Below, piece by piece: positions 48,359-59,300 of a DNA stretch of 64,000 nt. The stretch lies in the NCBI GenBank assembly GCA_049999805.1, contig JBNGIO010004579.1:1-64000 (forward strand). The letters are read 5' to 3'. Made by a program: the position numbers and the translations under genes. The DNA comes from Folioceros fuciformis (taxonomy: Eukaryota). The notes beneath the pieces were generated by a model that had not been told where the DNA came from, did not search any database, and was given only the letters and a program-made list of their open reading frames with translations. Position 1 is the stretch's first letter; every line of letters starts with the position of its first letter.

Positions 48359-50476
48359 TCACTGCCGGTCTTTGCAGGAGCATGCGCCGCATGAGAAGCG
48401 GTGCACCCGGGTTGCGTCTCTAACTACGATTTCGCGTTTCTCGAGACGTGACATTATCTTGATGCTACCATGGCAGTAGTTGCACATTCGAAGGTTTTTG
48501 GTGACCAACAACGGGGTGCCACCGGGAGTGTTGAGCAGACCAAAGGCTATGGCCAGTCTTTCAGCATGTCCACACACGGCATCTTCCTTCTCACGCTCGC
48601 GGATGGGCTTCAGACCCAGCTGCGTCCATGGGGCACGGCGTCCTTCGTCCACCAACCTGGTACTCACGCTCGACAACATGTCCGACGAGGTGTCGGACTG
48701 CTCCTCTCCTACGATAAACTCGTGCACCTTGTTCTTCACTTCTATGCATGCCCTGGCCGGCTTCTTCCAGGCGCCTGCAGACCTTCTCAGAATCTCGGTT
48801 TGCTCCACGTCCTCCCACCGCCCAGCTTTTTCGTAGATGTTGCCCAACAGGACGTAGGCCGATGCTTTCTCAGGTGCCATTTTCACTATTCGGTCAAAGC
48901 ATCTTCTTCCTCGATCTGCATCATTGTGGGCTTTGCAGGCACTGAGCAGAGATGTCCAGCCCACCACGTTATCCTGGAGCGGCATAGTGTGCAGCACCTC
49001 TTCCGCATCATCCATACAACCTGCCCGTCCAAGGAGGTCGACCAGGCAGTTGTAGTGATGGTCGGTGGGCTCAATGCCATGCGCTTTCATCATCCTAAAA
49101 TACTCCCGGCCCTCATCCACCAGCCCAGCATGACTGCATGCCACGAGCAGACTGATGAAAGTACTGCCATCAGGATCCACGCCTTCACGCTGCATCTCTA
49201 AGAAACACTGTCTTGCCCTTTCTACATCGCCATTTTCAGCATAACCACTGAGGAGGGCATTCCATGTCACAAGACTCTTGACAGGCATTCTGTCAAACAC
49301 TGCGCGAGCCTCTTCCACGCTCGCACATTTCGCATACATGTCCACCAGGGTGTTGCCCACAACCACGTCCACCTCCAGCCCGATCTGCCGGATCAGTTTG
49401 TGAAGTTCCTTGCCCTGCTGCAAGGCTGCCACTCTACCACATGCTTGAAGGAGGCACACGAATGTGACAGTGTCTGCAGGAGCTAAGCCCTCCCCTTGCA
49501 TACACGCATACAGATCGAGAGCTTCCTGGCCCCGCCCATGCTGAGCGTACGCTCCCAACATGGCAGTCCATGTCACCAGATTCCTGCTCTCCAGTCTGTC
49601 AAACACCCTCCGAGCATCCTCCAAGCTGCCGCACTTGGCATACATGTTTACCAGGCTGCTGCCCACGAAGCTGTTACACCTGACACCACTGCCCAGAATA
49701 TCAGCGTGCACCTCTTTGCCTGCAACCAAGTCCGTAGCAGATGCACACGCTTTAAGAACTGCCATAAAGATATGGTTGTCCGGCTTCACACTCAACGCCC
49801 TCATCCGCCTGTACCAAGCGATGGCCTCCCTGGGCTGCCCTTGCCGGGCATGCTCCAGAATGATGCAACACCACATATGGGCATTGGGCACCTCCACTTC
49901 CCCAAACACCTGCACTGCATCCTCCAGCTTCCCATGCGCAGCATACATCCCCATGATGTGCGTTGCCACAAATGCATTGTTCCTGTACCACCCCTGCCGG
50001 GCAACAATGGAATGCACCCTCCTACCCAGCTCCAGGCCCTTCTCCCCAGAACACCTCTTCAACAGACGATACAAAACAGAGTCATGCACCCTACAGCCCC
50101 TTTGCACCAGCACGTCCAAGGCCTCCACAGCCTCCCCCAGCTCTCCGTGTTCGCACCTCCTGCTCAGTCTCTCCACCATGGTCTCCCTCTCCCCATCGCC
50201 TGCAGCAGCATCCCACCTAGCCAGCCGCAAATCCACCCACCCGGGCTTCACCCGGCTGCTGAGCCACAGCAACTGCCTGATACCCTTGTGCCTGAAGTCG
50301 GGATGTCGGGGACTGGGCTTCTCCGCCCTGTTTCCCCACCACTGCCTGGGATTGACAAACCAGTCCTGCCATAGCCTCTCCTCCCCGGTCTCAGACGAAA
50401 CGCCTCCTCGCTTCCCAATATGGAATAATCCACAGCCCGGCTGAGACGGCAGCCTTTCGGCCACTGCCACGGCCAT
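48359..50476 (-). CDS. PLS-class PPR protein with an N-terminal OSB-type PDF motif and a KP-type DYW domain ending DRQ
   Basis: LWQDWFVNPRQWWGNRAEKPSPRHPDFRHKGIRQLLWL, a short PLS array, WKKPARACIEV, HAERLA, RMCNYCH and CSCKDRQ. Confidence 0.92.
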   Translation of the reverse strand: MAVAVAERLPSQPGCGLFHIGKRGGVSSETGEERLWQDWFVNPRQWWGNRAEKPSPRHPDFRHKGIRQLLWLSSRVKPGWVDLRLARWDAAAGDGERETMVERLSRRCEHGELGEAVEALDVLVQRGCRVHDSVLYRLLKRCSGEKGLELGRRVHSIVARQGWYRNNAFVATHIMGMYAAHGKLEDAVQVFGEVEVPNAHMWCCIILEHARQGQPREAIAWYRRMRALSVKPDNHIFMAVLKACASATDLVAGKEVHADILGSGVRCNSFVGSSLVNMYAKCGSLEDARRVFDRLESRNLVTWTAMLGAYAQHGRGQEALDLYACMQGEGLAPADTVTFVCLLQACGRVAALQQGKELHKLIRQIGLEVDVVVGNTLVDMYAKCASVEEARAVFDRMPVKSLVTWNALLSGYAENGDVERARQCFLEMQREGVDPDGSTFISLLVACSHAGLVDEGREYFRMMKAHGIEPTDHHYNCLVDLLGRAGCMDDAEEVLHTMPLQDNVVGWTSLLSACKAHNDADRGRRCFDRIVKMAPEKASAYVLLGNIYEKAGRWEDVEQTEILRRSAGAWKKPARACIEVKNKVHEFIVGEEQSDTSSDMLSSVSTRLVDEGRRAPWTQLGLKPIREREKEDAVCGHAERLAIAFGLLNTPGGTPLLVTKNLRMCNYCHGSIKIMSRLEKREIVVRDATRVHRFSCGACSCKDRQ

Positions 50477-50626
50477 GCTCCCCGGGCACCGGACTCGATC
50501 GAGACGAACGGTCGAAAACCGAAAACGAAGTGGATATCTCGACACCTTAGAAATTCGAGCAATTCGCGTCTTACTCCGGGTCTTGTCTTGGGCGAGAGTC
50601 GTGGAATCCAATTGCTTTTGTCGGCC

Positions 50627-51589
50627 ATGGCGGGCGCGCTGGGAGGGAGCTTCCCGGCTGCTTGGCTGGGCGGGGGCCTATGGCCGGCTCGCAGGCGGCG
50701 CCGTCGGAGGGTGAAGGCAGCTTCGGACAAGGCCGGGGCGGGCGAGGTGGAGTCCGCTTCGCCCACCGGGCGATGGAATTTCCCTCTGCGGGCAGCGACC
50801 ACAGCGGGTGCCTTGGCTTTGGTGGGCGACACAGGCGCACAGGTCTTGGCCTCCCGGCAGGCGGCCTCGTCTTCGCAGCGAGAATGGAGTTACCAGCACG
50901 ACTGGGTGCGTTCAACGCGCATGTATAGCTATGGCTTCGCGCTCTACGGCCCTCTGTCTCATGTCTGGTACGAGTTTCTGGACAAACTGCTGCCTCAGAA
51001 GACGGCCCAAAACCTGTGCCTCAAGGTATTCTCCCGAGGCATGTTCCGCCGGCCAGGGTCACGAGCCTGCCTCACCCTGCCTTCCTGCCATGCCTCCTCT
51101 CCTGTAATGTGCAGGTCGGGTTGAACCAGGTGGTGCTGGGTCCTTGTGTGATCGCCATCGCTTTTGCGTGGAACCACTTGTGGCAGAATCAGTTGGCCCA
51201 GCTGCCCGCCAAGTATCAGAGACATGCCTTTCCTACGCTGATGAATGGTGGGTCCCCTGTCTTTGCCATGCCATGCCTTGCCTTTCCTTGCCTACTCTGG
51301 TGCATTGACTCTTGGCTGGCTGTGCTCGGCAGGTTGGAAGTTCTGGATTCCAGCCAGCGTGCTCAACTTCGGGTTAGGCTGCCTACTTGCTCGCTTGCTC
51401 CTGCTTCTCACATTTGCATTTGCACACCACGCTGGTTTCATTATTACATCTACTTCTGCTCCTGGACTGACACTATCAATTGCCCGGACTCACCGCAGGG
51501 TGGTGCCTCTCCAAGCTCGAGTCGCCTTCATGTCTACCTGCTCCATCTTCTGGAACCTCTACCTGTCCTCGGTTGTCATGAGCAAGTGA
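50627..51589 (+). CDS. Mpv17/PMP22 (SYM1-like) membrane protein; 4 exons
   Basis: Motifs TTAGALALVGDTGAQ, HDWVRSTRM..YGF..YGP..HVWY..LD, KVGLNQVVLGP, GWKFWIPASVLNF and VVPLQARVAFMSTCSIFWNLYLS. Confidence 0.92.
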
Positions 51590-53802
51590 TCTAGCTTGTC
51601 TCTGCTGTTCACCGTTTTGTGTGACCTATCATGCATGCGGCATTGCTCTGTCTTTGCGGTGCTCCAAGGGAGAGATGCGTGATTTTGAGCACTGAGCTCA
51701 GGAGGAACGGAGCCTACATCCGGTTGCGCTAGCAGCCTGATGCGACCACATTTTTTAGGCTCCTCACATCACTGTGTAAAGAGTCGGGAGGTGGACGATG
51801 ATGGATCCTAGCGAGACATCTGGGCCCTGTCGCTACCTCTCCCGTCATTTGAGATTCATTTACACTGTAGGGCTGGTCTTCTAAGACCACGCCGCATACC
51901 CACAGACGTGGTTTGTCCACGCTGAGCATATGATGTGGGTAGACCAGCATTTCAATTTACAAGTTGGTTATTGCGTCCTGAAGAACACAAGCTTGAACGT
52001 ACGTAACAACTTGGTATGTACTGCACTGATTCGGACTTGTTTACTGATAGGAGGCCTCGGCCTCGAACCCAGACATGAAAGGGGTGCGTAGAAAGTCGTC
52101 ATGGGGAGGATTGGGAACACCCTGCACACGAAAGGGCTGGCCAGGGATAAAATTGTGGTGACTTTGCTTTTGGAGAATCGAATAGCTAGAATCTACGACG
52201 GTATTGGAATGGGAAGAGGGAAAGCCTACACCATCACTAGGACAACCATGATCCTCCAGAGATGGCCTAGTGCAAGGTGAGGGAACAGATTATGTACAGC
52301 TTGTCATCATAATTATTTTGTCAACACAGCTAGATATACTGGTTCTTGTCTCAATGTGAGGCCTTTCTCCGGGTGCCTCCCCCTTTCCACGAGAGGTCTT
52401 TCTCGGCATGAGCTAAACCTCCGTGGCCCGAGGGTTTAGGATCGCGAAGGAGGTTGGCACGGGCTAGTGCAAGAGGAGGCTCACAATTGGTGATAGTGAG
52501 TTTCGTGTGTCTTTGGAATTGAAGTCTCAAGGTACAAGTTTGTACCTTGAGATAATCCTGTTAAGATTGAGTTTCCCTTTACAAGTCCATCTACAAACGA
52601 TTGGTTTTTGCCCAACAAACAAGTAGGTGAACTTACAAGTTTTGTTTGCAATTAGCGAGCTATACTCAAACTAAATTGATGCTTCCCATTGAGTGTATTG
52701 AGTGCTTCTTCTATGCTTGCAAGCACATCTTGCATCTCACTTAGAGAGAGAGGTTGAGGCAATGCAAGATAGGTTAGATGAGTATTGGGGCTTTGTGTTA
52801 GAGATGGTATCTCTTCAGGTGGGTTGTTCCATAGTGGTGAATGGCTCTATAGGCACTATAGAGCAGGAGGTTCAGGTATTGGCAAGGGTAGTTGAGAACA
52901 TTGATTTGCGCTAAACGATCATATTTGGCAAAGAGCATTTAGTACATTTCGAAACAATGATATCCTATTTTTAATCATATTTCCCACAAACTAGGCCCAC
53001 TTGATATATCTATTTTTAAACTTGTCCTTTATTTTTTGCAATTACATAATAAGAACTTCTTAATTATTCAAATAATCAGTTTTTTGTTTTCCTTTGAAGA
53101 TGTGCTGGTAGACCAACACACTCACTCAATAATAAAGGTAAAACATATAATGATTTATTAAATCATCATATTGAAATATCATAATGTTGAAACCTTATTA
53201 TTAAAAAGTGTGAAAAGCTATGTAGATATAACAAGAGGCAGGTTTATTAAGGTATTTTGAAACCCCACATTTTGCTTTGTTCAAAAAACCTCACTTAGGT
53301 AACAAGACTAACTATTTATCTTGATTTTTTTTTTTCCGACTATCACTAAGTACCAAAATATTCGCGTCTGCTGAACGAGACATTATGTAATTCCACTTTG
53401 GATATTGCTTTTCGATAAAGTTTTACGATGGACGACTTGGAATTATCCAATACATGTTGAGGATTTGTAATTTGTTTTTCACTTGAAGGGCGTTTTACTG
53501 AAATCCGACCGTTTAGCGCAGGCCTTGCTTACTATTGTAATGGTTCATGCTGTTCAACGTGAGAATATTGTGGAAGTTGCGCCACTCCATGAAGAGTGTG
53601 CAGGTCTACTGGTGCACTCTTGATGCAACTTATGAGAGTGCGTTGGTAGAGCGATATAATCATGTTTCAGCGTGTGCAAGTGCGTCGGTAGATCGATGCA
53701 CTCTTAATGCTTCATGTTGTTCATTACCTTATGGTTCCGCGTTAATATAAAAATGATGTGCTAATTTTTGGGTCTTTTTTTGTGATTGAGGTCTTCAAAC
53801 CT

Positions 53803-54015
53803 GACTACAAGGTACATAGACAAGGGTTAAAGGAGGAGCGTGAGAAGAGTATTGAACATCGTGTGAAATGCTAGGGTGACTCTGGCAAGTACATTGGGTT
53901 GTCCTTTGATAGTATGGATCAACAAAAACTTCGGTCTTCTTCCAAGGATTTTGTACTTATAGTTGGATAACGCGGCAAGAGAAAACAAAAACACTTTGCT
54001 CTTTTCGTATCTCAA
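53803..54015 (+). mobile_element. Decayed fragment of a Sola-like (DDD) DNA-transposon transposase
   Basis: Translates as HRQGLKEEREKSIEHRVKC*GDSGKYIGLSFDSMDQQK and, after a frame change, LPRILYL*LDNAARENKNTLLFSYL. These resemble the DxMDQxK and LDN..RENKN motifs of such transposases. Confidence 0.5.
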
Positions 54016-55594
54016 TATCTCTGATATGCAAAGCGCTTATACCCCAATGTCAGTGGCACCTGAGATGGAGAGGCCCTAGACTTCCATAGATTTATGCGGC
54101 CTATATCTTATGGGAAAGCTGGTTGCCAAAATGTTGTTGTGGTTCAACAGCTACACAACATTTCTTTCCAACATCAGTTTAGATGACAATAGAGAGTCGT
54201 GGAGGCCAGGGCTTGATAATTGTGATGAGAGGGAAACGGTACTCACAGATCAATATTAGTCTCCAAATGAGGGTATTAAGTTTCTAAAGCACATTCCGGA
54301 AACAGTGATGAAAGTTGCTTCATTGATACATCTGCTACATTGATCATAATTGATACATTAGCCAAGTCAATGCACACTTGTCATGACAAGCATTTCTTAT
54401 GTTGCTTTTGGAGATACAAATAAGTCTATTGGCTTTGGAGACCTCTGTGCTATTGGGTTTCCCTAAGAAGTAGGGCTCCTCTGACTCTATCTTGTCCTTG
54501 TGTTTTTTTAACCTGGGACTCACTCGTCCTTGAGGCTTTTGTTGAGGAGGAGGTTTGGATCCCCTATAGGCCTCATTAAGAATTGCTAGAGCCTCCTTAT
54601 CTTTTGAGGCAAAGGCTACATATCCTCCATCTTTCTTCTCGCTTGTTGAGGCTACCCTTCAAGGGCTACAAGCATCTTAATTACTAGAGAAAATTTATTG
54701 GCAGTGTAGGTGGCCCTTCATTCCAACACTTGTTAATTCTTAATCCCACTCAAGCTTGACTTTGCTCTTGTTTGTGGAAAAGAGCCAAAGCTTGGCTTCT
54801 AGATTGACCTGGCATTTAGGCATTGTGCATTGCACTGACAACTTCTCCTTTGAGATGTGTTTTTGCTTAGACTTGGTCCACTCTTTTGCCTGCTTCCTTT
54901 TGACTTGCAACAGCGAGGCCCCTCTTAATGTTTGTGGGTCGCACTTGGCTCAATGGCTTAATGTCACTTGCTATGGAAGTTCGGTTTTCCCATTGAAGAA
55001 GCTCCCCTACATCTTGCTTAGTGGAAGTACTCTTCAGGCTAACCTATTTTGATTTAAGGAATTAATTTTCTATTATAACTGTGATTATTACTCATCCAAC
55101 TCAAGTCATGGCCTATGAACTTAACATTCTAAACCCTTGAGGATGTCTGGTAGAAGGTAGTTCAACAACTATATACACAAATGCTCTTCTATGCAAGATT
55201 ACCACATATTCATCTCCTTAGCCATCAAGACTCATAGAGCATGAAGCTTGTTAAAGGAATGCACGAATGAGCCTATCACAGTCACAAAATTGAGGCTAGT
55301 CTTCACCTTTCTTATATGGTTGCTTTCTTTAGGCAAAGGGTATTCATCATTGTAGAAAGGATGTCGAATGAATAATATGTGTACAGGATGTTAGTGAGTG
55401 GGGTGAAGCAACTTATTTAGCTCGAGTGGTACAAAGGCCTTTCACATCCTTAACTATGAATTTTTGTGGGTAGCCGATAGATAAATTTTGACGATCGTGG
55501 AGCTTGTCTCCTTAGTTTTCTTGCCCTTCACAAGGTGATTTCACCTTCGTTCCCTTTCAAGGCGATCGGTTTCTATCTGTTTTATATAATAAAG

Positions 55595-55618
55595 TATATA
55601 TATATATATATATATATA
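55595..55618. repeat. (TA)12 microsatellite
   Basis: Read directly from the sequence. Confidence 0.95.
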
Positions 55619-56346
55619 TTTATAGACAAAATATTCCGAATTCTTCTTGTCATTTAGTTTCATAGGAGTATCTCTTTTGTTTTTTTATTAGATAAATTCT
55701 TATATATTCTTGTTATCTAGGTTTTTTCAATAATAAAGTCTCCATTTTTATCCATAGGTAAGGGGTTTCCGGGTCACTCTCTTCCTTTGGTTTCGTACAA
55801 GGTGTTTCCCTGTTTTTTTTCCTCATTAGATAAACTCATGTACATTCTTGTTATCTAGGTTTAACGATCGGCTAGTTCCGTTGAATAGATCTGGAATCGT
55901 CGCTTCATCACTGTACGACAGGTTGAAAAAGGTTTCACTGCACGGCGTGCTAGGTAGAAAAAGGGAGCCATCGATGCGATAGTTTTACTCTTCCTTCTTC
56001 TTCGTCTTCTCCCTTGAGACGATCATCAGTCCGGCTGGTTGTGGGTAAAGTGATCCCAGGCAACGACTCTCTTCTATAGTTGTGTGCCAGCAAGCCAACC
56101 AGCCAGCAAGCAAGTAGGCATTCCATCGAGGTAGGCAAGCAAACAAGCGAGCAGGCGAGCGAGCGAGAGAGCAAGGAAGACGCCAAGTAAGGGAGGTGAG
56201 CAGGGGGAGCATGGCCGTGGAATAGATTGCTTAGCTGCTTGCTGCGAAATTGAGGAGTCTATGTTTGTGTCTTTCATAACAGGCACGCAGGGGCAGTGAA
56301 AGAGTTGTCGAAGATACGCGCAGTTGGCAGAGCGAGAGCGCGCGGA

Positions 56347-59300
56347 ATGGGCTCAGCAGGGCCGTCAGGAGGGTACGTCGACCTGCATACCTTTTTCAAG
56401 GGTCCATCAGGTTCCCCTCACCCAGCCTATCCCACTCCATCCAACCCCTACCCGCAGGCTCCCCCGGTGTATTCCTACCCGACGCCGTCAAATCTTCCTC
56501 CCAATCCCGGTGCCTACGGCTTCAGCACCCCTCCCACAGCCTCCTACTATGTGCACTTCGGCGGGGGCCAAGATCTGAACCCGCGTCCCCCTCCTTTCCC
56601 CCCCTTCCCCCAGCTTCCTTCCTCGCATTCCCTTCCCCACGCCTCTGAGCCCCAGGTTCCAGTGCAAGGAGTGCAGCCAGCTAGCAGTCCCACTCTGGAC
56701 GGGGCCCGGCTCATGGCTCTTCTCACCACCTCCTCTGCCGTGGAGGGAGACATGGCCGGCTCGCTGGAGCTACCCGAAGGCTCCCGGGCAGGTCCAGGGC
56801 CCGGACTCCCGACTGTGGCTCCTCCGGCAATTGCTCCCGCCATTCCCACCGCTCCCCCGGTTCACTCTCTGGCTACTCCCTCTGGGCCCAGGATGCCTGC
56901 CAGGCGAGGTCAGGGGCGATCGATTTCAGGGAGTAAGGTTGTGTACGACATAGATGTGAGGCTGCCTGGAGAAGCTCAACCACAGTTGGAGGTGCAGCCT
57001 ATCACTGTGTACACGTCAGAGAATGTGATGGTCGTGGGGCGGCAGATTGCTGTCAACAGCGAATATATCTGCTATGGCCTCCGGGGAGGTAACATCAGGA
57101 TTCTCAATATCCACACAGGATTGCGGGCCCTTCTTCGAGGACACTCACTGGTCTGTCCGACCTGCTTGCGTATGTAGAACATTGTTTGGATGTGTCTGTG
57201 TGATGATGTGTATTAAGCATTTGCGTTCATCACTGTCTCACTCCAGAGAATGACCGACATGGCTTTTCTTGCCCCGAATCTCCATTTTGTAGCCAGGTGA
57301 GGTCGTGGCGTCTGTCATGACATTCGAGCTCCGTCCTCTATCGCTGAACCACGCTTCATTTGGTAGTCACAATTGGACTAATTTATTGGCTGTTTGTTTG
57401 ACTGGCAGTGCAAGCTCCGATGGCCGCGTTTTTGTTAGGGAGATAGTAGCGGATGGTGGCGAGGATGGGAAAACACAGATAAGGGATAAGATAATTTTAG
57501 CCCTGCTTCTTAAGGGAGATTGGGAATCGGCGCATCCACTTGTTTGCTGGCATTCTCACATGCAGGTCACCTTTCTGTTACTGCCGTTGGCCTAGTTTAT
57601 GATTTTCTCTAGTCATGGCTACTTATTGCTGCTGAACGGACTCTGTACTTCGAATATTTTTGCAGAAGACGCTTTACGTAGGCATTGGCAAGTATCTTGT
57701 TGAGATAAATATTTCAGCAGCAGGACGACTAGCACCACCTGGTGGGTTCACAGTGGACAACCCTGTGGAATTTGATGTGAATCGTCCACCGGAGGGCATT
57801 TTTGCAGTGTGTGGACATGAAGGTGATGTTACCAGCCTGGCAGTAACTGATAAATTCCCCAACTGTGTGGCTACTGCTTCGAAGGATGGGGTGGTGAGTC
57901 TGTTCTTGCCTTTATCAATGCCACTCTTAAACATAGCAAGATCCAGATGCTTTTTGTTCTACTTTCTCACTTTCTACTGCTGCCATACGGGTGACGCAGG
58001 TACGTTTCTGGGTCTCCAATAAGACACCTCTAATGACTTTAATCCCTCATAACCGTCAACCTGTTGGCACAGTTGCCTTTCTCGCAGCTCCTGGTGGGCC
58101 TGCCAGCTCGGGTGGAGTTCTGCTTCTGACAGCGGTGTGTGGCCATCGATTTTAAGCTTCTGTTGCCCCTCCTTCATTGGATCAACCTTGACGTTGCATT
58201 CCCTCGTCATAAGGAAGCCTCTGATTAGACTTTTTGCTAATTGGAGGCTTACTCTGCTGTGCTTCAGGGGCCTTTAAACCGAGAACTGAAGCTCTGGGCG
58301 CAGAGGAGTTCGGGAGTTCCTTCATCGCCTGCTTCACGTGGATGGATTTGCTTTCAAACTCTTGAACTCCAGAGCTCAGCTGAAACTGCGTATGACAGGG
58401 CATTTTTTAATCAGGTGGTGGTTTTACCACATGCGAGCTTAATCCTTCTAGCTAATGCGAAGAAGAATGCTCTGTATGCAATCCATGTAGAGGTTGATGC
58501 ACATGGTAACCCCAGGCGCATGGATTACATAGCAGAGTTTTCTGTGACTATGCCTGTGCTTAGCCTTACTGCAACCATCAACGAGGAAGCAATGGTTCAA
58601 GTTTATTGTGTTCAAACTCAGGCCATTCAGCTGTATGCCCTTGATATGACTCAGTGTTCGCCTTCACCAGATGAGAGTGGTAGCTCCTCGCCAAATTCCG
58701 AGGGAAATATTGGTAGTGTCGGGTCACCAGCCTTACAGAATCTTTCTGGGACTTTGACAAGTGAGGCGACAGTTGCTTCATCATCTTCTAGTTATCAGAG
58801 TGGCCTGGATGTTGGGAGACCTATGAATGTTGACAATAGCGTAGATTTTGAAACGCCTGTGGACCATTCTGTTGATCAAGCACCAGTGACGTCTGATGTA
58901 AGTAGAGCGATTAGTTTGGATCTCACTGAGGATAGCATAGCAGAAGGATCTTCTGCGCCAGTAAAGGACGGCGCAAGTACTCCAGAAGAAGTTCCCTTTA
59001 ACGAAGAGCAGAATGTGTCTGAAACTGAGGTGCATTCTAGTTCCAGAAGCGGACATGAGGTGGGCAGCAGCACGAGCGCATTGGCAGATACGAACAATCA
59101 TAAACCTGAGAAACAAGTGGAGGAAGAGGGGTTAGAGACCAGGGCTGAACTGCCACCATCTGATGATGATGGGGAAAGGGTTTCTGACAATTCAACGTTG
59201 AGCCAAGTTGTTCAACTTGTGGGCTTCAGTGAAGAAGAGCTACAGGACACACCGCGTCCTATGTTATCAGGAGGTGCCGCTTCAGCTCATTCACTGCTTA

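Noticed and set aside
1459-50476. Operon-like cluster of organelle nucleic-acid genes (YbaB, RH3, ycf45, PPRs)
   Set aside because: The genes are interspersed with unrelated genes in mixed orientation, and such genes are abundant enough for chance proximity.
52410-52470. Hairpin plus CTAG resembling a Helitron 3' end
   Set aside because: The hairpin is imperfect and too far from the CTAG, and no 5' end or Rep/helicase remnant was seen.
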